From Chrysomallon squamiferum (Eukaryota > Animalia > Mollusca), in assembly GCA_012295275.1 (NCBI GenBank), contig CM022669.1, positions 7,254,001-7,318,000 of the forward strand: 64,000 nt of DNA, read 5' to 3'. Position 1 is the first letter of the stretch. Every line of letters begins with the position of its first letter. Below are positions 1 through 13,243 of this stretch, in pieces. The notes under the pieces were generated by a model, which had not been told where the DNA came from, searched no databases, and saw only the letters and a program-made list of their open reading frames with translations. The translations under genes were made by a program, and so were the position numbers.

Positions 1-202
1 AACTATGTTAACTACTGTGCATTAACTACACTGTCAAATTTTTTAAACAATACAAATCTAACAAAACTTAACAAATCATCCTAGTGGAATTTCATCACAT
101 CTAAATAAAATAAAAAATGTTTTTCTCTCTGCATATAGTGATTATATTTCTGTAAGAAACTATCTGTATTAACACGTCATACAAGACAAATAACAAATTC
201 AC

Positions 203-3061
203 CTGTAAACCAGGCTGATTGGACAAAAAGATGCGGAGGGCATCAACACTGCTCCTGATTCGTACTGATGCTCGCTCTGCAGCAAAGTTAGCTGTCATAA
301 GATCTCCAAAACTCTCTGTTGTGATATCATTACCAAGCAATGAGTAATAGAAGAAATAACCATGAGATCCAGCTGGCAGAGGGACTGTGCTTGGTATCAG
401 CTGAATCAGTGAAAGAATATACAGATGGATAGACATGTGGATAAATGAATGAACAATAGTTGTATGAAATGATGAATGAAGATGTGTTTATTTATTAGTT
501 ATCAAAGCATAGTTGTATTTTGGTATAATTATATATATGAGAGATAAAACACAGTGCATCTTATTTTCATCTGAGATACATAACTAACAAACTGCCGTAT
601 CTTTCAGTCTTAAATATTATTTTTACCTATCAATAAAGGAAATTATGAACCTGCACGAAACTCATATCACATGGGTTTTATTAAAATAAAATCATCCTAC
701 TTTATTAGTAATATTGATAGATTAATAAAACCAAATAAAACAATCATATACAAAATACACACTTATTTACAAAGACACTTTAAATGGACTTACCTGTATT
801 AAGTTTGAGGCATAACCTATTGTTACAGACAATAAAAACTGATCTGTGTGTTTGTCTGCTGAGCCTATCTGATAATAACCTTCATCCTCATTAAGTACAG
901 GGACGAGAGATTTCAGATCCACACCATCTCTGTTACCTCCTGTAAACACCAACATAACACAAATAAATGAGTGTCTGTTAAACAGCCGTTTAAATTACTT
1001 TGGTATCAATGTTTAAACATTAAAACAGCTTGTTAGTAATTGTATTGTTGACAAAAATGAGAAAACATTCTGCCTTCACTCAAACAGGATTATTTTTTGC
1101 ATCTTAGCAACAGAATGAAAAGCACTTAATATGTATTAAAAATAATATAAAAATATGAGGAGGTATTTTATAGTGAGATTTGAATGCATCGGTGTGTAGA
1201 TATGAAAATGCTTGATTGTGTGGCTAGGTGAATTTTTATTTGTACACATGTGATTGCATTTGTCTGGTGATGTTTTAATGTTTGTGTATATAAACCATAC
1301 AAAAGTCCAAATCCATGTTATTAAACAAACATACGATTAGCAGTTGGAATGACAATAGGTTTTTCCTTTGTTTCAGCATCTGGAGTTTGTCCATCATCAA
1401 GATACAGAGCTAAACGTATCTCTGGCTTAGTTTTGTGATACTTGGAATGTAAGATCTGATAATATTTGGCAACCTAAAAATATTCATTTAAAAATGTAAA
1501 TCAAGCAGTAGTACCACTAATAGTAAAAAGCATAAGACATTTCTGTCAAAATGCAACAATATATTTAAGTCAAACTGCACTACACATTAACTAACAAACA
1601 ATATTCAAGTCATGTCAGAGGTATAACAACAACAACAAAAATAATAATATAAGTGTACACTTTCAATAATGATTTTCTAACTTGAGAGTAAATACAATGC
1701 ATTAATGAATGACACCAGTTTTAGAAAGGCAAGTAGCTGCAAAATGTTTTATTTGGCAAAGTTGAGTAAAATACATCACAGAAATCAAAACTGTAATGTA
1801 ATCAGTACCAAGTGAGAAATTGCTTACTACTTGAAAACAGTTTGAAAGGTTAATTTTTTTAATGATTATATGACAACACTGTTACAAAAATTAACAATTA
1901 AAAGTTTAAAACTATTTCACAACAAATGAAAATGACCATTTCTTTTTTCAATTTTAATTTCACATTTGCTTGGGAGACAGTATATGTCATAGTATTTTTT
2001 TATCTATTCCCCCCTTTTTTAAAATAAATCAACAATTGGTAAATATATAAAATTCAACACTTTAGTATAAGGTGTATGTGTTTGTGTGTGTGTGTATATA
2101 GGCATATAACCTTTTTATTGGGTGAAGCTGATCGAAGATCAAGTACAACATAGCCAATGGCTTCTTTAACTGTTGTGTGAACTTCGTATGCATACAGCTG
2201 AATTTTAATAGAGGTTCGTTGTAGCCGATGTTGTTGGAGTGCTTTCTTATTCAATTCCCAGGCCAACTCCTGAGTGAAATCTGGATTTTCAACATGATTG
2301 ATTGGATCAGTTGCCAACAGTTCTCCATCAAACCGAACTTCAGCTATTATTTTATGTTTTGGTCTGTTTGGAAAGCCTCGTCCTGAAGACGTTAAAAAAA
2401 TATATATATAATAAATTTTAAAAAAATGATAAATAATTAAAAATAATGTTATACTTTAAAAACTGACCATTTGGTATTAGTAAACAATTACTTAGTTTTG
2501 AAAGAACAGGCATAATTTATATACTTATTGATTTATCACTTGAAATAAATTATTCATTTTATATCTGTTACTTTCAAAACAATAATTATAACTATTTTTA
2601 TTTTTTGTATAAAATTAAAATTCCAATGTCATCTGACTTAATGTGTAAGTAACAGATTTCTAATATTTATATCTATATAATTAACATTATAATTTATACC
2701 AATTAAATTATTAAGTAATATTATTATTAAATATCATTGCTCAATTTTAACTAACAAAGGAACATAATAATTAAACAAAATAAAATTTTAAAAGTTGGAT
2801 ATTATCTATTTACAAAGAGAAACAGATAACTTAAATTAATATCAGTAAATTAATAAAATAAAGATTTTATTTTCTTCTTGAGTACATTAACTTCAGTATT
2901 TACCCTCTCGTACGAAGGAAAACGAGATCAGACCTGCACAATTTATTTCTCCAAAACCAATTTAACTTTTACAGTAACTAAGAAAAGTACTGATCAAAGA
3001 TAGAACGTGACGTACCTTCTAAGACTGATATCACTACAAGGAATCGTTCTTTTCCAGACAT
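203..3061 (-). CDS. CEP120: Centrosomal protein 120 (N-terminal C2 domains), 5' part; gene continues beyond the left edge
   Basis: Exons 3016-3061 (MSGKERFLVVISVLEG), 2111-2382 (GRGFPNRPKHKIIAEVRFDGELLATDP...ELAWELNKKALQQHRLQRTSIKIQ...IGYVVLDLRSA), 1335-1473, 794-939 and 203-400 (FFYYSLLGNDITTESF...ERASVRIRSS). All have GT-AG ends and consistent phases (1,0,1,0,0). The sequence matches the recalled CEP120 N-terminus. Confidence 0.95.
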
Positions 3062-3430
3062 TATTTATTTAGGGTTATTATGTTAGGACTCAAATTTTAA
3101 GTTGCCATCCAAGTATATTCCTAATTTTGAAAACATCCGCCATGCTTTTCCGGGATGTTGATACGGAAATGACGTACTATCAGCTGACATTTGCCCACTA
3201 TTTGGAACCCCCTCAATAAACTAACTAAAATAAAATATATGCATAATATTACACAGTTTTAGCAGTGTTTATAAAAGAATACGTGTATGAACGACGTCTG
3301 TGCAATTTTACTACATTAATTTTCTTTGTTTGCTGGTTGTTAGTAAATATAATCTTTTGCACTTGGTAACGGGGAACCCCAAGGTGCGCGCAAAACCGGA
3401 ATATATTTGATAAACTTCCGTTTGTGTTAT
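3062..3430. promoter_or_regulatory. Putative bidirectional promoter of CEP120 / CK1gamma
   Basis: Only 846 bp lie between the divergent ATGs. The region is locally CpG-richer, with a YY1-like CCGCCATG (3137-3144), an ETS-CRE-like CGGAAATGACGT (3164-3175) and inverted ETS-like cores CCGGAA/TTCCG (~3396-3420). Confidence 0.55.
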
Positions 3431-3907
3431 TCCGATTACAAAATATAGATCCTAATATTCTTTTATATTTGAAGTAGAACAGACAACAATTCCCGAAGTA
3501 AATACTTTTTATTAACATACATAAGCTTTTGCAAAATTACTGTTCAATCCTTTTCTATACTATTAATGAGTATTTAACGCGGAGTAATGGTCTATCCAAA
3601 TTATGTAGTTCCCTGAAAAGACCGACGAGACAGGAAAACAAGAGATATTGACAAGAAATATTAAGTTAATTTGTAAATTATTTCATCAAGATCAAGATGA
3701 AACACAGATACCAAAACTGTAATACATTGATAACTTAAATGTAATGGTAAAAATCTCGGGAACGGCCCTAAATGAACAGTAGAAAGGGCCGATAAATGGG
3801 GCTTGGTAGCCCTGGTGGAAGACTTGAAATTTCTGTTCCGTATAATTTGATTATTGGTTTGGAAGTTCAGTTATTCATTTAGTGTGGCTCAGTATAAAAA
3901 AATCCCC

Positions 3908-6900
3908 ATGAGTACACCAAAGCGAGAGGGATACGAAAAGAGTGAAGATCATAGGAGGAAGTCCAGTGCCAATAGATCTAGCATGCAGACCCGGGGAACT
4001 GCCTCTGGTAATTCTGGTGTGCTCATGGTTGGGCCAAACTTTAGGGTTGGAAAGAAGATTGGGTGTGGAAACTTTGGTGAATTGAGGCTTGGTGAGTATT
4101 TCAGTCTTGTGGTCTCAAATTTAACTAAACACCAATACAAAAGTATAGTGGATTAATATTTTGTTGAGCTGAGGTCTCCATATGATATCTTCATAATTTT
4201 ATTGTTACTCCAAGGACCAATGGTTTGGTCTTTTTATTTTGACATTGTGATTAGATTGAACCTCATGCCTTCTAAGTTCTATGATTACATAAAATTTCCA
4301 ACATTTTATGTTTAATATCCAAAACACTAAACAGATAATTTTACATTTTAAACATAAAATCTTTGTTACAAAAGACTTGGCTTCTTAAAATGGATTTCCT
4401 GATATGTAATATATATTATTATTACTACATAAATTGAACTGAATCGTATGAATTGTATAACTATAAATACCAAATTATTTGGTGAAAATAACTCATAACG
4501 GATAAATTTAAAGTGTTAACCTTTAAAAATAAAATGGAACAAACCAGAATTAACAAATGTTAAAATCCAGAAATTCATATTCAGCAGTTTTTCTTTTTCT
4601 TTTTAGTACCAGTATTTTCTGTAACTTTTCATACGTATTTGTTTATTTAATTCCAGGGAAAAACTTGTACAACAACGAACATGTGGCTATAAAGTTGGTA
4701 AGTTATTTCATGATAGAATATTTAAAATAAAAACTTTTAAAACAAAAAGTTTTGATTTTTGTTAAAAAAAAAAATACTAACAGCATATTTTTTGCAGCAG
4801 CTATCTAAGATAAATGTTATCTCAGTTAATTGCTAAAATGGCCCAAATATAACAACATTTATTCTGCTAATTAATAGCAATAGTTTTATATTTATGACTC
4901 TTGGAATTATTCTGTTTTATGTGGGGTTATTAAAGGTAATTGTAGTTTTCTATTATTTAAATAAATATATAACATACGCAGTATATTTTAAAGTATACCT
5001 TAGGAGATTTAAAAAAAAAAATAAAAACAATATATTCCAAGATATATTTTGTTAAAAGTGAAGAAACCCACCAATATCTTTATGTGCTATTTTTCTTTAA
5101 TTGTGATTGATTTACCCAAAGTATAGCATCATGTATATGATAATGTCCATAAGACTAAATATGATGGGGTAAAATCGTGTTGTTCAAACGTAGTTATTGT
5201 AATTTCATACTTTTTTCTCTTTTTGAATTATAACTTGAATGTATATATAAAAATTATTTTATTATTATTATTATTATTTTTTAGATCATTCCCAAAATTT
5301 ACAATATCAAAATATATTTCACTTTAGAAATATAACATTATTTTTCATTTTATTTAAAATTTAAACATAGATTTGCCAGAGTTTAAGCATATCAAATTGT
5401 TAAATCTAATTAATTATTATGAATGTATTTATTGAAAAACCAAACAAATAACACTTTTTTTTCCTTTTCTTTCAGGAACCTATGAAATCACGGGCTCCAC
5501 AGCTTCATTTAGAGTACAGATTTTACAAGCAACTTGGACAATCTGGTAAGATGTGTTTGTTTAGCTCGTTCTCCACTGTCTTTTTACCTAATCATACAAA
5601 AAAAAATACAAACAAATAAAATAAGGAAATACAAATCACAGTACAGTAAAAACTGATGAGTTAAAAAAAATATATACAAAATCATATATTTATTGTGCAG
5701 TATTTGAAATATATATGCATACATATTAGATTATGTTGATTATTTAGTTCAGTAAGTGTTTTTTTACTGATGTACACTTACAGATTGTTTTAGGGATGAT
5801 GACAGCTATATATATATATATATATATTATATTTTATATTTTATAAAAAAAATTAAAGGAAATTAAAAAAATTCCATTGGTTCTTTCTAATTGTTAACAG
5901 TTATACTTAGTAAAACTTAAAAGACCAAATTTTATTTTTATGCATCCAGAAAATTTAAGAATTTTACTTTAAAATGTTGGGAAAAAACTCAGATAAGAAG
6001 CTTTTAACAGTTATGAGTTCTTTTTGTTGGTTTTTTTCTGATAGCTACAGACTATCTTGAAATTGATTTTCTTCTTAGCTGCACTTTTATTGTCAGTGAT
6101 GAAAGGATATATTCATTATTAAACTGAAGGATTTCAAATTATGCCATCTGCTGATATTCTTGTGATCTATATTTAAAACTACTATTTATATATGTTTTTA
6201 ATATCATATGAAATAAGTATAAACCTTGTTAGCACCCTAAACATTTTATTCATGTTGATATCTTGGCTTCAGTAAGGACAGATTTTTTTGTTTTATTTTT
6301 GTTTTCTGCTTTAAACTACCCCCACAAATATAATTGGAATGGTCTTCTCACTTAATTAAATTTCATTGGTTGAATTTTTGGAATGTTTTTATTATTGATA
6401 TTGTTTTATAGAGTATGGTATGCTTGTGATTTAGTTTTTGCATTTTCAAGATTTTTATTTATTGTTACATTTTTATATTTAAATATCGAGAGATAGTATT
6501 TCTTATACACATACTTGTGAATAATGAAACAGGTAGTTGTGTTATTTCTGTAAGTCTGTTTCAAGGACAAGTGCTGTCAACATTGTCTATTTTCAGCACA
6601 TATCTCTACTTGCAAGGTTCTTGTTTCTAGCAGTTGTAACTTTACTTGTAAATGCAGAGAAAATATCACTATTAGAGAAATATTAAACTGTATTAATTAG
6701 TTGACCACACATATATATGGAAATGACTAGTGCAAGGCTCTTTTTTTTTTAACTTATTTTCCTTTTCTTTTAATTGTTCTGAAGATGTAAACCTTTTTTT
6801 TTATACTTTAAATTGTTTTGCTTTTATATTTGTTGAAAGAATATTGTTAATGACCTAGACATTAAAACTCAATTTTATCTCTCTCTCCGCAAAAGCATGA

Positions 6901-8233
6901 CAAATGTATTATTTCTAGGTTATCAACCTGTTGTTTATTTAACACTTTTTAAAGGTTGTTGATAATAATATTATTATTTTTTATTTTTTTAACATCTGTC
7001 TGTTTAAAAAGAAAATATAAATGGTGACACAAATACTGCTTTAAATGGCAAACATAATATAATAATTTTTCCCTTTGCAGTTAATTGTTTAACCCGATTA
7101 GCCTTTTTTATTGTGTTACTTTCTGGTTTGGTTAATTTGAGGGACAGCCTTGCCTGATTGAATTGCCTTTCTCTTGGGTTTGTTTGCTTGCACTCAAGCT
7201 GGGATTTTGTCGTCCACTTGCAAACACAGATAATGTGTCAGATGCACAGAATAAATTCCACAGAACCGTGAAACAAGTTAATTTACACTTGATGGTACAA
7301 AACTTGTGTTGAAATTACAACAGAAGTAAGAAAAACAATTTAACTACACAATGGTATTTGTTTTTATAATTATTTATCGGGAAAGATTTACTATGTATGC
7401 ATATTGTAAAACGTCCCACAGCATTTACTTGTGTGATTGGATGGCTGGATTGATAAAAAAGGCTTAATTTTTAATTTGTCATATAGAGTTAATCTTTTTA
7501 TTTAGTATTTTTATCATTATGTGTAGGTATAAAATAATACCAAAAAGCAATTTATATATCAGAGGTTTGTCAACTGAGTATCATCAGTTAACAATCCAAA
7601 GTGATCTATTTTTGTTTTGATACATTAGGAAAATTGTCATTTCTTAAAGCTGTAAGTAAATCTAACATGCATTTGAAAAAAATAAAAGATAATAATAATA
7701 AAAATAATAATGACAAATTTAAAAAAGAATAACTCGTATTTGTTTTAACATTTAAACTGGACAGAAAGATCATGTTTCCAGTTTCATCTTTCAGAAAATA
7801 AAAAATAAAAACTATATGTTACATATGAAGCCAGGGTTATCAGTGCTAATAAATCATCACAAGCCGATTTCTAAACAGTTAAGCTGTCTCTTGTCAGATT
7901 ATTTTCTTTGACATTACTTTTTTTTTTTCCTAATCAATTTTTCTTCTTGTGCTAGAAACATTTCACAAGATGGAGTTATTTTGCATGCTGTATGATTTAG
8001 TAATTATAATAAATACAATTAATTAATACTGATACAACTGAAAATCAAGCCGTGCACAGTTAATCTGGCTGCATATTTGTCATAAATGACCAACTGTTGC
8101 AGTGTTTATAGTCATTGTGTTAATTTTAAATATTTTCAAATCATTAAAGAACATCATAGCTTTATATTTTTATTTAAATTTAATTACAGATTAATGGTAG
8201 TTAAATTATGTTCAATAGTGTAATTTTTGTTAC

Positions 8234-8279
<46 letters not shown>

Positions 8280-10999
8280 ATATTTTTTTGGTATAAGTTG
8301 TATTATTTTAAATTAACAATGTATTTCTTTTTCCTTTTTGATTTTTTCTTATTATTAAATAAGCAAGTAAATGGGAACTTTAATAATAATTTTGTGGTAA
8401 TTAACTTCACATTCTTATCGATTAGATCTTACAATTAATAAAAACAAAACAGCATCCTGTCCAGCAATATTTAACGCTGACTACACATTTATGCAGGCTT
8501 ACTGAGGCTGTGTGATTAAAACTGGTGTTTTTTCTTAATCAAACAAGTGTCCTGGTCACACATGCAGGAAAAACCAATCATTCAGAGATGGACAGATTTG
8601 TTATTAAGCAAAACAGTGTCTTCATAGGATGATGTCATACCCAGTTTATTCGTCAGATTCATATATGTATGTATGTGTGTGTGTGTGTTTTGCACAGAAC
8701 TATTTGGTAGCTAATAAATGCTAAATATAATCAGTTTATTTCCTAGCTTATAATGGGATCTAGCAGACACATCCATTTCAGTCATTAACCTTGCCACTGA
8801 CATTTTTCTCAAAGCTATTATTGATCACCTATTTCTTGATGGCAACAATTACTTGTCCAGGGATACTTTCAGAGCCTTCTTTATGTGAAATGGAACTCAA
8901 TGTTACTAGCTAGAGTGACATTACATATAGTGAAGTATGTATTTAAAATAGTACATACCAAAACACTGGTAGCAGAGGGTTTTTTTTGTTAAGATTTTTT
9001 TAATTGTTATTATTTTTATAGTGAAATACATACATAATTATACAACACATACACAAGAAGAAAAAAAAAAGAACAGGCACACAGATCAAACATTGGAACA
9101 CTATTTATCTGTGTTGTATCCGGCATATAAATTCGTGTTGACTTGGCCTCTGAGGTTTCAGAACCTGTTAGAATTGGTTAGTGTATGATGTACAAAGTGT
9201 GGCACCTAGTCACAGCTGAATGAACACAGCATGCAGTTAATGCTGGGCTGTGTACTGTTCGTCAGATAAACCAAGAGATTACACTTTATTACTGCTAATT
9301 ACAAGGAAGTATATTGCACTTTACTGGAGGTCATGAAAAGAAATTGCGTAACTGCACAGTTAAATATGAAAGAAAACACAGTGGTTTTTTGATTCATGAG
9401 GATTTGCATTTAAGACCCCAGCAGCTGTGAATCAGAAAGAATTGAATCACAAATAAAATATTTTTTATGTCCCACTTATTTGTGAAAGAATACTATTTAA
9501 GAAAAAGAAAGCATTATTAATGTAAATGAAGAAAATACTTTCTAATTTGTTATTGCATTAGGAGACAACACTTGGTGTAATTGTTGTAAATTTGGAATCA
9601 AACAAATTTAAAATGTTACAGATAGGTTAAGGTTGTTTATGTTTGTTAGATTTAAACATGAAATAAGTAGATGTGTAATTAATAAGGACGTTTGGTGTTA
9701 TTTTATTTGTGTATAACTTTAAGAATCCCCTAAACAGATTTAAATTATAAATTCAATCCTGGTAGCTACTTTTAACTGAGGGATGGGTAATTGGCTGTTC
9801 ATTGTTATTTAAAATTTGTTCCATTTTTGTCATTTTATTTGCTAAATACAATAATACATCTGTTGCCAAAAAGCATTAGTGTACATTTGATATCACTGAA
9901 TATGTGTAGTGTTTGGCCTAAGTTAACTAACCTTCAGGTACTGAAATAACAAGTCTTTAAAAAATATTGAGATAAATTTTATGACTGTAGAAAAGACTTG
10001 TTTTGTTTGTTTATGATCATGATAGATGTTAAGATAAACTGTGTATTTGCTGTCACCTACATGGTCATATGTCTTAAGTTATAAAACAATAAAACTGAGT
10101 TTGTTTGGTATTAAGGAAAGCACATTACTCATAATTTGCAGTGGGAACGTGACACTGAAGCAGGGTATAAAAATAAACTTTAATAAATACATAGACAGTT
10201 TTTTTTTAATTGACCTATGTAATAAATATCCTTTATGTTTCTTTTCCTTATGTCAAAGATATTTTATTTTTATTTTTTTGCCATAGGCATAATGCTGTCA
10301 TGCATGAGTAATTGCAGCTGTACAGTGTTACAGTTGAAAAAAATGGATATGCGTGATTGCTTGGAAAATCTTTGTTTGCTTGCAAGTTTTTAAAATATTT
10401 TTTTTTAAAGGAAAAGAAAACATCTCAATTTTAGGTAATTATTATTATATTATTAAAAAAAGAAATATATACATACTATTTGAATTGCCTGAGGATATAG
10501 GACATTTTTTTTTATTAGTGTTCTATATTACATGCTTTTTTTCTAATTAATACATACATTTCATTACTATTATTACTATTATTATTTTTATTATTATTTA
10601 TTTATTTTTTTTTAAGATCTGAATCATACAAAAAGTTGATTGCTCTTGAGTTAATTAGTCAGACATTTTGCAACTACTTAACATCACCCTTCCCTTCCTA
10701 AAAATAATTTATGACTCAAATGTTTTATTGAAATATTTGGAGTTCTCTTAGAAATGTGGGTTAAAAAATAAATAAATAAAAAATAAACAATCCAGACAGA
10801 AACATGAGTATGAAAATGTGTGTGTGAGTACAGTGATGAATAAATAGGTTAGAATTTTGTGCATAGTTTGGTGTAGTACTTAATTATTAGAGAACTCTTT
10901 ATTATTCTGATGCAGTAGAATAGTTTTCTTCTTGGCACTGATTTATCAAAGCCTTTGCTAACATTTTCCAAACTGTAGGAAGGTGGATATAGGAGGTAT

Positions 11000-11064
<65 letters not shown>

Positions 11065-11691
11065 TATGCATTTAATTTTTATTTTATTTTTTGTCATTAT
11101 TTGAAAAGTAATAACAATATTGTTATTATTTAATTTTAATATTAAAAAAAATATATGTATACATATATATCATGGGTTAATTTTATGTTTCTATTGTTTT
11201 GCAGAATTTGTTTTTACAAAGTTATTTATCACTAACAGCTAGGATCTTCTTATGAATTAGAGTTAATCCTGATAAACTGAGTTAATCTCATATTTTGTAT
11301 ATAACAGGAAAATCCTAGGTTAATCTCTGCAATAAACATGTTATTTTTTTGTATTTGTTTTCTTTCTTCTTGTTTCTCCTTTTTCTTCCTTTTTTTGTTT
11401 TTGTTTTTCTTTTTTATTACTATATATATTTTTTATGTTGTACCAGCATGTAAGATTACTAATGTCTACTGCTGATAAATCTAAACAGTGAATTCACAAT
11501 AAGATTTACTAAATAAGCCATTCTATTCATATTTGTTTTTCTCCCATTTAATTTGAAATCAGTTTGTTGCTTCATTGGAAATAATATCATATATTATAAT
11601 ATTAAAATATATTTATTATTTAATAACTTATTCTTTTTGTTAATCATCTTGCATACGAATTAAAAGCAAAAGCATTATTCATACAGTAGGG

Positions 11692-11738
<47 letters not shown>

Positions 11739-13207
11739 GACATAGCCATTACCTCATACTTCGTCATGGTTAATGTATTAACAAGTTTGAATGCTGTGAT
11801 ACACTTTGCTAATGTTTTCTACATGTATACCAGGGTAGGGATATTAGTTACATCAGATGTGTTGAAGCAGAAAAAAAAAAAAAAATCAATTACAGCTGAA
11901 ATGTCACATCCTTGTTCACATGATTGGAAAAAGTCACTGTTATCACGTAGATAATATACATAAGTATGTTATCTGTACACACTGAGATAAAGACAATGTG
12001 CTTATGGTAATACTCATTATTGTTCCAGCAATTTTTGTAGTTAGTATATTGTGAAAACAAAAGTAATTATGAAAAAAAGTATACTTTTGCATTTCACTTA
12101 TTTTCTTTGTCCTGAATATTGCAATATTTGGTTGCCACTGATAAAACACATTAATATATTTTAACACAAAAATAAATAAAATAAAAACATTTATATAGCT
12201 GGGATGTTTTTGGTTTCAAAAAGTATATATTGTTTATTGACATTATTGAAAGAAAAAAAGGAATATGTTTTCTTACTTTGTTTAAAATACCAGATATTAA
12301 GTTTTATTTAAAAAAATAAGATACCATACATAGATTTATGATAATTTATTTATTTATTTTAAAAGTATTGATTTACTTTAGTACCAGTGCTCACTATAAA
12401 GTTAGAAATACTACTAATAATAATAAAACAAAACAAAACAAATATAAAACAACAGATCATATATAGAACAAAATGAATGAATAAATAAATAAATAATGAA
12501 AAAAAACCACCTCGAAACAGTGGATTTTCTTATTTTATCCTTTTGAAATATGTATTAATCATGATGTTTTTTTCATACAGCATTTAAAATTACTTGAAGT
12601 ATATTTTAATTCAGTGATTACATAACAAAACTATAGATATCACTTTGTGTATGTTTTGTTATGTTGCTGCCATGGTGCTTACATGTACAATAGACATGTG
12701 TATATAACTAGGTGTGTGTGCTAGATATAAATTATTACACCTAGATGTGTTTTAAACTTAAAATTTCAATTGACATATTTTACTTATCAGGGATCTATCT
12801 GGTTCATGTTTTATTGACAATTTGTATATCGTGAAGCATTCGTATATATTTGTGTGTGTATGTTTATATTGCAGATAAAGACATGCTTACGTCATGGCAC
12901 AAAATAAATCTTGTAGGATCAATTTATATTTACTGTGTATATTTACATGAACCTGTAGAAAACTGCATCAACAAATTGCCTTTCAAATTCAGAATTTATT
13001 CTTGTTGTAGTTGTTGTTGTTAATTTTGAAATAAATTATTTCTTATAAATAATTAAAAAGCAAAAAAATATATATATGTATTTTGGGATAGTGATGATAT
13101 GTTCATAAAAGAACTTAATTTTAAGAAGAAATAAAGAATGTAAATTCTTATTCTAGCAATAAGTTAACTGTTTCTATTATTGTTGTTATTGTTATTATTA
13201 TTATTAA

Positions 13208-13243
<36 letters not shown>

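Noticed and set aside
6096-6154. GTGATGA...CTGA resembling C/D snoRNA boxes in CK1gamma intron 3
   Set aside because: It is too short, has no terminal stem flanking the boxes, and has no recognisable rRNA guide.
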